Positions 36,836 to 46,168 of a stretch of 64,000 nucleotides of DNA are shown here, in pieces. The position numbers and the translations under genes were made by a program. Positions within the stretch are counted from its first letter, which is position 1, and every line of letters starts with the position of its first letter. The DNA is from an uncultured bacterium. Lineage in GTDB: Bacteria; SAR324; NAC60-12. The DNA is taken from assembly GCA_965662235.1 (NCBI GenBank), contig CBFIGY010000001.1, positions 192,001-256,000 of the forward strand, written 5' to 3'. A model generated the notes under the pieces. That model did not search any database and was not told where the DNA came from. It saw only the letters and a program-made list of their open reading frames with translations.

Positions 36836-37927
36836 CTACGCGGCTTCCATCAGCTCGACAAAGCGTTGGAAGAGGTACTGTGCATCGTGAGGGCCAGGCG
36901 CGGCTTCTGGATGATACTGCACGGAGTATGCCGACCGGCTGACCGCTTCAATGCCTTCAACGGTCTGGTCGTTGAGGTTCCGGTGGGTGACCCGGACCTG
37001 AGAGGGAAGGGAGGTTTCATCCACAGAAAAGCCGTGGTTGTGACTCGTAATCTCAATCTTTTCTGTCGCGTAGTCCATCACCGGATGATTGCCTCCGTGG
37101 TGGCCACACTCCAGCTTGTACGTCTTGCATCCCAGAGCCAAGGAGAGGATCTGGTGCCCCAGGCAGATGCCAAAGATCGGCTTCTGATCCAGAAGTTCCT
37201 TCACGGCGTCCACGGCTTCTGTCACTGCCGCGGGGTCGCCTGGACCATTGGAGAGGAAGATGCCATCGGGCTCAAGGGCCAGCACCTCGGCTGCCGTGGT
37301 GTTCCACGGAACTACGGTCACCGACATCCCTAGGTCGGCCATCAGGCGGAGGATGTTGTGCTTGATCCCGAAGTCGTAGGCCACCACTTTGAAGCGAGGC
37401 GGTGTGACGGTAGACGGCCAAAAGTAGGTCTCGCGTGTGGAAACCCGACGGGCCAGGTTCTGTCCCTCCATCGGCGGGAGCGTGAGGGCTTCTTCCCGGA
37501 GCGTGTCCAGGGTGCGGTGCGAGGCGACTGGTGCAATGATGCCGTTGCACTCTCCTCCAGAGCGAATGGCCCGGACCAGGGCGCGGGTGTCAACGCCTTC
37601 CAGAACCGGAACCTTGTTGTCACACAACCAGTCTTCCAGCGAGTTGGAGGAGCGCCAGTTGCTGGTCACCAGGCTCAGCTCCTTGACCACCAATGCTGCG
37701 GCGTGGACGGTGGCAGACTCCATGTCCTCCGGGTTGATTCCGTAGTTCCCGATGTGGGGATAGGTCATGGTGACAATCTGTCCGGTATAGGACGGGTCTG
37801 TCAGGATTTCCTGGTAGCCCGTCAGGGACGTATTGAAGATCACTTCCCCTTCGGCTTCAAGAGGAGCACCACGGAGTTTGCCACGAAAGTACTGGCCGTT
37901 GTTGAGAACGAGCAGGCCGTCGGTCAT
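36836..37927 (-). CDS. carA: Carbamoyl-phosphate synthase small subunit
   Basis: [39 protein letters not shown]. Confidence 0.97.
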   Translation of the reverse strand: MTDGLLVLNNGQYFRGKLRGAPLEAEGEVIFNTSLTGYQEILTDPSYTGQIVTMTYPHIGNYGINPEDMESATVHAAALVVKELSLVTSNWRSSNSLEDWLCDNKVPVLEGVDTRALVRAIRSGGECNGIIAPVASHRTLDTLREEALTLPPMEGQNLARRVSTRETYFWPSTVTPPRFKVVAYDFGIKHNILRLMADLGMSVTVVPWNTTAAEVLALEPDGIFLSNGPGDPAAVTEAVDAVKELLDQKPIFGICLGHQILSLALGCKTYKLECGHHGGNHPVMDYATEKIEITSHNHGFSVDETSLPSQVRVTHRNLNDQTVEGIEAVSRSAYSVQYHPEAAPGPHDAQYLFQRFVELMEAA

Positions 37928-37932
37928 GTGAG

Positions 37933-38295
37933 TCAGTCTAGGATGATCAGCTTTTCAGGATCAGGCTTCACCTCCTCCCCATCTTCAGGAGAGCAGGACA
38001 AAGCCGTGGAGTAGAGAGTCGTGGCCATGCGATGCGCTTCCGTTCGCTCGACCCGGATGTGCGTCGCTCGGAGGAGTCCAGCCTTGTTCTGCGTCTTCCG
38101 TAGAGCCTGACGGTAGGGGTTGTGTTCTCCCACCAGCGCCACCGCCTTCAGGTCTCCCAGCTTGATGCAGTTTGGAGGCAGGATCTCTGCCTGCATGAGC
38201 TGCACCTGCTGGCCCTGAGGCGTGAGCTCCACCGCCAAGGGACTACAGCTTGCCAACAGGCAGGTCAGCCCAATCATGTTCAGAAACGGTTTCAT
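37933..38295 (-). CDS. Small lipoprotein (DUF4156-like)
   Basis: Lipobox [12 protein letters not shown]...C..LG...NKAG.L.AT.I...C pattern. Confidence 0.6.
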   Translation of the reverse strand: MKPFLNMIGLTCLLASCSPLAVELTPQGQQVQLMQAEILPPNCIKLGDLKAVALVGEHNPYRQALRKTQNKAGLLRATHIRVERTEAHRMATTLYSTALSCSPEDGEEVKPDPEKLIILD

Positions 38296-38297
38296 GC

Positions 38298-40175
38298 TTA
38301 TTCACTGAAGAGGCGGCCGCCAGTTTGCTGAGTCAGGGCATTGAGCCACGCGTCGTTGCGCCGGAGGTCATGGGCCTCCAACCAGTCTCCCACCACAACC
38401 AATGGCAAGGTGGCGTCTCGCATGTCAGAGCAACCGCACGACAGGTTCAGCTCGTACTGTCCCGGTTGCAGGTCCGACAGTCGAATATAGGTGGTCTGGT
38501 TGGAAACTGCCAGCGCTTCCTCATAGACTTTTTGACCGAGCTGATGCTCCGTCACCGTCAACTGCACGGTGTCTGAGTGAGTGGGTAGGTGCAGGAGGCC
38601 TTCAATCGATTCCGAGCGGTGACGCGGTCGCAGGGACTGCAGCGCCCAGAACATCCGTTGACGTTCATGAAGGGGCTGGTACAGCAGAGACTGCCAGAAC
38701 AGCGCGTAGCGGTGATCGGTGACGGCATTGGCAGGCTCGTAGCGCCACCGCCAGCTGATGGGGTCTTCCACCCAGTCCACACGTCCCAGCCGAAAGGGCG
38801 TCCGCCGCAGCACTGCCGAAGCGTCTTCTGCCACCTGAAGCTGCTGAAACCCCGTTTGCTGGCGCAGGTAATCCGGAGGCAGGAGCGTTGACTCGGCAAA
38901 CTGCCACTGCGACTCATGAACCGGCTGCAGCTCCAGGCGCTCATCCGCCGTCAAAAACAGCTCCTGGTAGCCCTGCCCGGAAGACTGCTCGCCTCCCATC
39001 GCAATGATGCGTCCGCCGCCGGCGAGGTACCGCTGGAACGCCCGCTGAAACTCAGGATTCCTTAGGTACTTCTTGATGTCGAAGTTCTGAAAGATGACCG
39101 TGTCCATCTTGAAGAGCTCCCGCAGAAAGAGCTCCCGGACCGGAAACTGAATGAGCGCCAGCTCGCCTTCCGGGACATTCTGGGCGTCTTCAAAGGGGTC
39201 CCGGAGGATGAAGAACGCAATGAGGTCCAGCTCAGGGAGGGTCTTCAGCAGCCGGCGCAGGTGCAGCACGTCCCACCCGGGACGTCCCGCAATATGCAGC
39301 ACCTTCAGGCGTGCCGTCCGGACCGTCAGTGGGAGGTAGGCCAGGTTGTCGTGCACATTCGGTTCTTCCCCCAACGGAATCAGTCGCAACGAAAGCAGCG
39401 CCTCTCCCGTCCGGGTGGGCGTCCACTCCAGCTCCACCTGTTCCTGGTGAGGCCCCTGAGGGAGTTGCAGCGACCGCTGGGTCAGAACCGACTGCCCATC
39501 CATGAGGATCAGGCTGCTCATTCCTGCGGTTTCCAGATTGGAATGGACCTGAACCACCATCCGCGTGGACTGGTTCACAAACGCCACCCGTGGATTCGCC
39601 ACCTCTCCCAGCCAGGTTTCATTGCTTCGCGCAGGCTGCGGATACCAAGCATTCAGCACCCATCCGGCTTCCTTTACTTCCTGAGCCAGAGCGGTGGGAA
39701 GTTCGGTCGTGCTGGTGTCGTTGCCGTCACTGATCAGCAACAGCTCACTGCCCTCCGGAATTCCCCCTTGCCGGATCAACCGTCCCAATGCTTCCTGGAG
39801 TGGAGACTGCTCACTGGAGGACTCTGCCTCCAGCAGGTCAAAGTAGTAAGGTTGATGGTCGGGAAACTGTTGGTCCAAGACGTCTTGGAAGGCCGCCGGC
39901 AGCAACGTTTCCCAGCGGTCCAGCGGACCTTTGGGAAGGTTGAGGGTCTGGCGGACGCTCGCACTGCTGTCTACCAACACATACAGCGGTTGAGGTGGCG
40001 GAGCAAAGGTGGCACTGGCCGCCTCGACCAACATGATCAAGGCGGCCAGGAGCAGCGCTCGTCCTCCCAAACTGGCCCACGACAGCAGGTCACGCCGACG
40101 GCGCAGCAGCAAACCGCCATACGCCACTGTGGCAACAGCAAGAACTAACCAGAGGAGGGTGTAGGTAACGGGCAT
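38298..40175 (-). CDS. Membrane-anchored vWA / Ig-like / glutamine-amidotransferase-like domain protein
   Basis: Two N-terminal TMs; VLVDSSAS (MIDAS), LLISDGND; LKVLHIAGRPGWD...DLIAFFILR...ELALIQFP.RELF. Confidence 0.75.
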   Translation of the reverse strand: MPVTYTLLWLVLAVATVAYGGLLLRRRRDLLSWASLGGRALLLAALIMLVEAASATFAPPPQPLYVLVDSSASVRQTLNLPKGPLDRWETLLPAAFQDVLDQQFPDHQPYYFDLLEAESSSEQSPLQEALGRLIRQGGIPEGSELLLISDGNDTSTTELPTALAQEVKEAGWVLNAWYPQPARSNETWLGEVANPRVAFVNQSTRMVVQVHSNLETAGMSSLILMDGQSVLTQRSLQLPQGPHQEQVELEWTPTRTGEALLSLRLIPLGEEPNVHDNLAYLPLTVRTARLKVLHIAGRPGWDVLHLRRLLKTLPELDLIAFFILRDPFEDAQNVPEGELALIQFPVRELFLRELFKMDTVIFQNFDIKKYLRNPEFQRAFQRYLAGGGRIIAMGGEQSSGQGYQELFLTADERLELQPVHESQWQFAESTLLPPDYLRQQTGFQQLQVAEDASAVLRRTPFRLGRVDWVEDPISWRWRYEPANAVTDHRYALFWQSLLYQPLHERQRMFWALQSLRPRHRSESIEGLLHLPTHSDTVQLTVTEHQLGQKVYEEALAVSNQTTYIRLSDLQPGQYELNLSCGCSDMRDATLPLVVVGDWLEAHDLRRNDAWLNALTQQTGGRLFSE

Positions 40176-40242
40176 CGCATTTGTCCAATTCGTTAGTGGC
40201 CCTCATTGTTGCCTTAACCCGGCTGAGTTTCAAACAGGAATT

Positions 40243-41352
40243 TTAAGACTCCAGGCGGCAGACTTCCGGAAACTCCTGAAGAAACGCCTGAAACAGCGTC
40301 CAGAGTTCATGGGCGGGGGTCTGCTTGCGGATTTGGCACCGTCCTATGCCGGACAGCAAGATGAAGCTGACTCCTCCGTCAGACGCTTTTTTGTCATGGA
40401 GGATGAGGCTCTCAAACACCTCTGCTGTCAGCGGGGGAAGCGTTACCTGCGGAAGGAGCGGAAGCAGGAAATCCCGGACCCGGATCCAGTTTGCCTCCGA
40501 GAGGTGGCTCCACTGCCAAGAGGCAAAAGCCGCATACAGCATTCCCACCCCCACGGCTTCCCCGTGCAGCCAGGTTCCGTATCCTGCGTGCGTCTCCAGC
40601 AGGTGCCCCAGGGTGTGTCCAAAATTGAGGGTCGCCCGAAGGCCCGCTTCGGTTTCGTCCTGCTCCACAATGCGCGCCTTGACGCGACAGGAACGCCACA
40701 CCGCTTCCTCGAGAAACGACAGGTCCAGTGGCAGGAGCGGTTTTGTCTCCAGAAAACTCAGCAGCTCGGCGTCGTGGATGAAGCCGTGCTTGGCGAGCTC
40801 AAAGTAGCCTGCCCGCAGTTCCCGCTCCGGAAGGGTTTTCAGGAACTCTAGGTCGATGCACACATGCTCCGGCTGTTTGAAGACGCCGATCATGTTCTTC
40901 CCCAACGGGTGATTCACCGCCGTCTTGCCTCCAACGCTGCTGTCCACATGCGCCAGTAGGGTGGTGGGGACCTGAATGAACGGAATGCCCCTCATGAAGG
41001 TTCCTGCAGCAAACCCGACCATGTCCCCAATCACTCCACCACCAAAGGCCACCAGCAGGGTCTTGCGGTTGGCAGAGGCCTCCATGAGGAAGTCATACAC
41101 CTGATTCAGCACCTCAAGCGTCTTGTAAGCCTCTCCATCCGGAAGCACACAGGTCTGCACCCGGAGGTGGGAGCCAGCGAGCGCTTTCTCAATCCAGTGC
41201 GGGTAGAGGTCCATCAGGGTTGTGTTGGTGACGGCAACCACATGAGTGGCGCCCTGACGGGCCACTGCGGCCGCCAGGTCCTCCTGCAGCACCGAGGCAC
41301 CAATGGTGATGGCGTACTCCCTTCCGGGCAGTTGAACGTCGAGTGTTTTCAT
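40243..41352 (-). CDS. aroB: 3-dehydroquinate synthase
   Basis: DGEAYK, GGGVIGD, PTTLLA.VDSSVGGKT, LNFGHT, HGEAV, DKK. Confidence 0.97.
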   Translation of the reverse strand: MKTLDVQLPGREYAITIGASVLQEDLAAAVARQGATHVVAVTNTTLMDLYPHWIEKALAGSHLRVQTCVLPDGEAYKTLEVLNQVYDFLMEASANRKTLLVAFGGGVIGDMVGFAAGTFMRGIPFIQVPTTLLAHVDSSVGGKTAVNHPLGKNMIGVFKQPEHVCIDLEFLKTLPERELRAGYFELAKHGFIHDAELLSFLETKPLLPLDLSFLEEAVWRSCRVKARIVEQDETEAGLRATLNFGHTLGHLLETHAGYGTWLHGEAVGVGMLYAAFASWQWSHLSEANWIRVRDFLLPLLPQVTLPPLTAEVFESLILHDKKASDGGVSFILLSGIGRCQIRKQTPAHELWTLFQAFLQEFPEVCRLES

Positions 41353-41437
41353 ACCGTCTTTCCTGACAGAGGCTTGACTCTCCCCAGCGCGAGAGTCACG
41401 ATAAAAGAGCTTTCACAACAACTATTTGACGAGTGCT

Positions 41438-41770
41438 ATGAACGATAAGGAATACTTGAAGCAAACCGCCGATCTGTTTCGTGACGTCGAGGATTTTCTA
41501 GGGGACTTCGAAGAAGAGTTGGACTACGACCGCACCGCGGACAAGCTGGAGATCCTGCATGAGGCCAGTCGGCGCAAGATCGTCCTCAACACGCAACGGG
41601 CCATTCATGAGGTCTGGCTGGCGGGTAACGCACGCGGCTGGCACTTCGGCTTTGATTCGGAACGCCAGGTCTGGTTTGCCCAGGCCGAGCAGGAGGAGTT
41701 CGAGGGCTGCTTCTCCCGTCTGCTGAGTGAGCACTTGGGGCGTCCGGTGCAGTTCACTCAGTCCGCGTAG
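41438..41770 (+). CDS. cyaY: Frataxin-like iron donor CyaY
   Basis: Start ATG 41438 (MNDKEY); KIVLNTQRAIHEVWLA...GWHF. Confidence 0.85.
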   Translation: MNDKEYLKQTADLFRDVEDFLGDFEEELDYDRTADKLEILHEASRRKIVLNTQRAIHEVWLAGNARGWHFGFDSERQVWFAQAEQEEFEGCFSRLLSEHLGRPVQFTQSA

Positions 41771-42243
41771 GTCTTTTCCTCAATTTCCAGAATGGCAGAA
41801 ACCGGCAGGGCCCCACTTTCGGTGATGGTCCGCCGGGACTTGTCCTTCTGTAGTGACTCGAACTCGGCGCGCCGTTCCAGAAACTCTCGGTAGCACCGGA
41901 CGTCTGACACCCGTTTCCGGCAATCCTTGATGCGCATCTCTACTCGCTCCACCAGTTCCTTGGAGCGCTTCTCCTCCTTCAACTCCAGAAACGCCTTGCC
42001 GGCTTCCCGGTAGAAATCGTCTGCAAGCGCCAAGTGCTTTTCAGCAGTTTCACTGCGGTTCTTGAACATGGCCTCCTCGGCAAGGCGCAGGTTCGACCAG
42101 GCCATGTTGCGCAGGGTATCCGGAGTGTACACCCCCTCCTGCTTGGTCCGTTCAAAGTACTCAATGGCCTGCAAGAAGGCCTGTTGTGCCATAAAGCGAC
42201 AGGCGGTGTCAAAGTTGAGCTTAATGGCTGATTCGTTGTTCAT
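41758..42243 (-). CDS. Small TPR-like hypothetical protein
   Basis: Helical repeats (QAIEYFE...RNMAWS); ATGA-coupled to rlmE. Confidence 0.7.
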   Translation of the reverse strand: MNNESAIKLNFDTACRFMAQQAFLQAIEYFERTKQEGVYTPDTLRNMAWSNLRLAEEAMFKNRSETAEKHLALADDFYREAGKAFLELKEEKRSKELVERVEMRIKDCRKRVSDVRCYREFLERRAEFESLQKDKSRRTITESGALPVSAILEIEEKTYAD

Positions 42244-42830
42244 GAGACCAGTTCCTGTTTATGCTGACCCAGTAAAAAAATTTCGACACTCTCTTGGCGG
42301 GAGCTTTTAGGCTTCACCACTTTAACCTGCTGGAAGCGCTGCCGGAAGGCCTGCTTGAGTTCTTCAAATGGAGCCCCTTGAAAGGCCTTAACGAGCAGAT
42401 TTCCTCCGGTCCGCAGCGACGTATCCGTCAGCGCCAGCACCTGCAGGTTCAGCGCATGCGACCGATCGGCGTCCACTGAACGGATGCCAGTGGTTTTGGG
42501 GGCCATGTCGCTCAGGATCACATCCACGGGTCCTCCCAACCACTCCGGATCCGCCCCATACTCAAAGACATCTCCTTCCAGAGCTCGCGCCTGTTCCGGA
42601 AGTTTGGCGGTCACCGGCTTCAGGTCGAGCCCAATCACCTCACCCTCACGCCCCACTCGTTTGGCCGCATACTGCATCCAGGAGCCTGGGCTGCATCCCA
42701 AATCCAGCACCCGCAGGCCCGGACGGAGCAGGTGGTGCTTCCGATCAATTTCCTCCAGCTTGAACGCGGAGCGCGCGGCGTACCCTTGACGCTTGGCTTG
42801 GTGAAAGTAATGATCCTGAACCTTCTTCAT
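42240..42830 (-). CDS. rlmE: 23S rRNA U2552 methyltransferase
   Basis: Start 42830 (MKKVQDHY). ARSAFKL, DLGCSPGSW, SDMAP, KPKSSR.ES.E. Confidence 0.95.
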   Translation of the reverse strand: MKKVQDHYFHQAKRQGYAARSAFKLEEIDRKHHLLRPGLRVLDLGCSPGSWMQYAAKRVGREGEVIGLDLKPVTAKLPEQARALEGDVFEYGADPEWLGGPVDVILSDMAPKTTGIRSVDADRSHALNLQVLALTDTSLRTGGNLLVKAFQGAPFEELKQAFRQRFQQVKVVKPKSSRQESVEIFLLGQHKQELVS

Positions 42831-44071
42831 AACCACCCTTCATCGGCAAAGCTCACGTAACGTCCTTCCCCAATCACCAGATGATCCAGCAACGGAATGC
42901 CCAGAATCTTGCCAGACTCCACCAAGCGTGCCGTGATCCGATGATCCTCTTGAGAAGGTTCCGGGTCACCGGAAGGATGATTGTGCAGGCAGATGATCGC
43001 TGCAGCGCGACGTTCCAAGGCACCCGCAAAGACCTCCCTGGGATGGACGAGGCTCCGGTTGAGCAGGCCTTGAGTGACCACGCGCTCTTCTAAGTAACGG
43101 TGCTTGTTGTCCAAGATCACAACGATGAATTGCTCCTGTTTCTTGTCTCTCAGCCGCTGCTGAAAGTGGTGAAAGAGGTCCTGACTGCTCCGGAAGGCTG
43201 CTCCGGGTTGCAAAGCAGTGGTGCCATACCGCTGGCACACCTCACGGAGCGCATGCAACCGATCCCTCAGGCGCGGGCTTTCGATCCGAAGCTGCAGGGT
43301 TTCCGCAGCCAGCGCCGAGACCAGAGGTTGCCCAGCCGTCAGGGAAACCAGGGCCTGCTGTTCTTTTTCATCACAATCCTGCAAAATCCACTCCAGCAAC
43401 TCGCTGTTTTTCTGAGGCAGGGCCCCGGATGCCTGAGGGACCTGAGCCCAGCAGCAGTCCGTTTGGAGGGGGCAGCTCTCGCAGAGGGGAACGCGTCCGC
43501 AGGCACCTCCTGCCAGATGCTCCCACGCTCCTCCCAACCACGCTGCCGCACGGTCGACTTCTTCCGGAGTGGCCCAGCCTGCCGTTTGACAGGCAACCAT
43601 CCAGTCGCGTGCGTGTCCCGGATCGTCTGTGCCTTGGGTGTAGCGTTTCCACACCCGGGCCCCTTTCCAGCGATAAGGAAGGCGCACGCCCTGCGCTGCC
43701 AGCCAACCAACGGCTTCCCAGCTGCACGCCTCCGGAAACAAGCCCCACCAGGCTTCCAGCGTTTCACGAGTTCGGAACGACTGCGGCGTCAGCTGCGTCT
43801 TGCGCACCACGCTCAGGAGCTGCCGCATCCACTGCGTCCAAGGTTCCTCCTCCAGCGTTGGGCATTGCCGCAAAGCGATGCGAACCTCCTCTTCCCGGAA
43901 GTAAGCAGGGTCCAGACGCTTGGCAAGCTCGTAAAAAGGAGAGAGTTCCTCATGCGGAGCCTGCGGCGTCCACGGCACTCCATGCAGGGGCAGGCAGGCA
44001 TCCAGAAGGTCCGTCACCCAACGGACGTAGTCCCACCTGGGTGTGCTCACCGGCCCCCACGTCTGGGTCAT
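42827..44071 (-). CDS. radC: RadC (JAB/MPN) protein with long N-terminal extension and Cys cluster
   Basis: KQEQF, GLLNRSLVHPREVF, HNHPSGDPEPSQED, LLDHLVIG; upstream CGRVPLCESCPLQTDC. Confidence 0.88.
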   Translation of the reverse strand: MTQTWGPVSTPRWDYVRWVTDLLDACLPLHGVPWTPQAPHEELSPFYELAKRLDPAYFREEEVRIALRQCPTLEEEPWTQWMRQLLSVVRKTQLTPQSFRTRETLEAWWGLFPEACSWEAVGWLAAQGVRLPYRWKGARVWKRYTQGTDDPGHARDWMVACQTAGWATPEEVDRAAAWLGGAWEHLAGGACGRVPLCESCPLQTDCCWAQVPQASGALPQKNSELLEWILQDCDEKEQQALVSLTAGQPLVSALAAETLQLRIESPRLRDRLHALREVCQRYGTTALQPGAAFRSSQDLFHHFQQRLRDKKQEQFIVVILDNKHRYLEERVVTQGLLNRSLVHPREVFAGALERRAAAIICLHNHPSGDPEPSQEDHRITARLVESGKILGIPLLDHLVIGEGRYVSFADEGWL

Positions 44072-44164
44072 TCCCTGGGCGACCCAGGCCTCCTTCAGCT
44101 TGGCAAAAAACTCTGAAATGGCGCCTCTGCTGCTGTGATTTCCTGCTTTGAACTGAGTATATAT

Positions 44165-46168
44165 TTATTCTGAACGTTCAGAAAAGGCGAGTCGCATCTC
44201 TCCCCAGTGGGTCAACGTCCACTCCTGATCCACGCGCCGAATCAGTGACTGGCGGGCATGCATCTCGTGGAGCAGGTGCTCTAGGGAGACCCGCTCCTGC
44301 ACCTGAATGGGGGCGCCGGAACGGATGTGACGCAGCACCTCCAGTTCGGCACGACCCTGTGGTTTCGAGTCATCCTTGAGGTCCCGCAACAGTGAGCGGA
44401 ACAGCTGTTCCTCAACCTGTTCCAACCGTTCTTGGTGCCGGCGCTGTCCTCGAACGTAGAGCGTTGCTTTGTCCTCCGTTCCGGAATTCCGGATGAAGAG
44501 GAGCGCTTCGATGCCTTGGTTCACCCAAAGCTCAATCGCCAGCATGGTGGGTTCTTCTGGGAGAAAGAGCTCGCGCTGCTCGCCTTCGGGCCAGGTCTCC
44601 CGGAGTGCGGTTTTCATTTCCTCCAACAGCTGCTGCCGCACCGCATGTCCCGGAAGCAACGCCTCACTGTTCACGTAGTAGACTGGGCGGCTGCGCTGGT
44701 GCCCATTTGCGTAAGGCGTCCTCAACGAATCCAGCGTTTCCACCACAGAACCCCACTCCAGAGAAGCGAGCAGGTTGAAACCCGTCTTGAGGCCATTTCC
44801 CACATACACCACTCGCTCTGCTCCGGAGTCATCCTGCAGCCACCCAGGCGTAATCACATGGCCGGACTCTTCGTAGCCTAGCCCAAAATCCGGATACTCC
44901 AATGCATCTTCTGAAAGAGCCGCACGGGCCTGACGCAGTAGAAGCGACAGGTGCAGCGCATCGTGCTTTGATTCCGCTTCCATCGTTCCCATGGCGTCAA
45001 GAAGGGCCTGAACCTCGGGGACTGGCTCGCTCAGCATTTCCGCACGCTGCTCCCACTCGCTCCGGAGGGCCTGCCAGAGGATCCACTTATCGCCAACAGC
45101 ACACTGAGTGGCCGCCCATCCTCGTGCCCGTGCCGTCCGGAGGGCTTCTAGGTCGCTCTCCACAGTGTTCACAAAGCGCTTGCCGGTCATGCGACGCGCC
45201 AGCAGCAACGCACAGGTATCTCCCGTGTTGACCCGAATCCGATCAGCCTCAGGGTCGTAATACATCAGAAAGCAACGGTCGCCATCGCCATCAAACACCA
45301 GTCCCAGAGCCAGCCGCTCCCTGCGCTCGTGTTTGCACAGGCGTCCTTCCTCCAGAAGCACTTCCAGTGCCTGATACCCCTGAAACCGTCCGGACTGAAT
45401 TTCGTCCGGGAGAATTTCCTCAACGCCTTCCAGGTCGGCCACTCCGGAACGTGCATTGATGCCCTCTCGGGCCGCGTTCACCACACGGTGTGGAAGGCCT
45501 TCCAACAGCGAGTCCAAGGTGGGGGCATACGCACCGTTGGCAGCATCTGCCACCAGAAACAGGTCCTGCGGCAGGCGATCAAGCCAGGAGTTCCGGGGAT
45601 CGTGGCAGAATGCCGCAAAGGTTTCACACGCGCCGTCCTCTGCCTCCCGGAGCATCCCTTCAGGCTCCAGCTCCTGCAGCTGAGCCCAGGAGGTTTCTTT
45701 CAGGTAACGGGTGAGGCGCCGGTCGTCTTCCGGGAAGAGCTTGAGGGCATTTTCACCGAGAAACGCCTTGATGCCGTTCTGGTGGGCAGGATTGTGAGAC
45801 GCCGTTAGCATCAGGGCCAGGGCCGCCTGACGCTTCACCAGGTACAGGGCCACCGCCGGAGTGGGCTGAATTCCCACCACCACGGCGTGAAGTCCAGATT
45901 TCCGCACGCCGCGCACTGCAGCCTGATTAAAGGCTCCGGACGCGTCTCGTGTGTCCCACCCAAGGACGACTTCGTCTCCAGGCTGAGCCCATCCGGTTTC
46001 CAGCACCATCTGGCAGGCACTGTAGGCGTACAGCTCAAAAAACGCTTCTGTCAGTACTCCTTGTTGGGCCCACACCGTTAGCGGGTCCTGGCCAGGAAAC
46101 TCAGAAGCGAGGTGAACGGGCCCACGGATGCCGTCGGTCCCTTGAATGCGATCTGGAAGTGAGGTCAT
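44165..46168 (-). CDS. Phosphohexomutase, probable phosphoglucosamine mutase (enlarged)
   Basis: GTDGIRG, TASHNP, FDGDGDR, GYEESGH, IRNSGTE; directly downstream of glmS. Confidence 0.82.
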   Translation of the reverse strand: MTSLPDRIQGTDGIRGPVHLASEFPGQDPLTVWAQQGVLTEAFFELYAYSACQMVLETGWAQPGDEVVLGWDTRDASGAFNQAAVRGVRKSGLHAVVVGIQPTPAVALYLVKRQAALALMLTASHNPAHQNGIKAFLGENALKLFPEDDRRLTRYLKETSWAQLQELEPEGMLREAEDGACETFAAFCHDPRNSWLDRLPQDLFLVADAANGAYAPTLDSLLEGLPHRVVNAAREGINARSGVADLEGVEEILPDEIQSGRFQGYQALEVLLEEGRLCKHERRERLALGLVFDGDGDRCFLMYYDPEADRIRVNTGDTCALLLARRMTGKRFVNTVESDLEALRTARARGWAATQCAVGDKWILWQALRSEWEQRAEMLSEPVPEVQALLDAMGTMEAESKHDALHLSLLLRQARAALSEDALEYPDFGLGYEESGHVITPGWLQDDSGAERVVYVGNGLKTGFNLLASLEWGSVVETLDSLRTPYANGHQRSRPVYYVNSEALLPGHAVRQQLLEEMKTALRETWPEGEQRELFLPEEPTMLAIELWVNQGIEALLFIRNSGTEDKATLYVRGQRRHQERLEQVEEQLFRSLLRDLKDDSKPQGRAELEVLRHIRSGAPIQVQERVSLEHLLHEMHARQSLIRRVDQEWTLTHWGEMRLAFSERSE

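Noticed and set aside
41438..41770. cyaY near a cyaA-like gene, as in enterobacteria
   Set aside because: They are more than 12 kb apart with many unrelated genes between; probably coincidence.
42827..44071. radC as marker of a prophage or integrative element
   Set aside because: Embedded in a housekeeping operon (mutase-radC-rlmE) with no integrase, att-like repeats or compositional shift.
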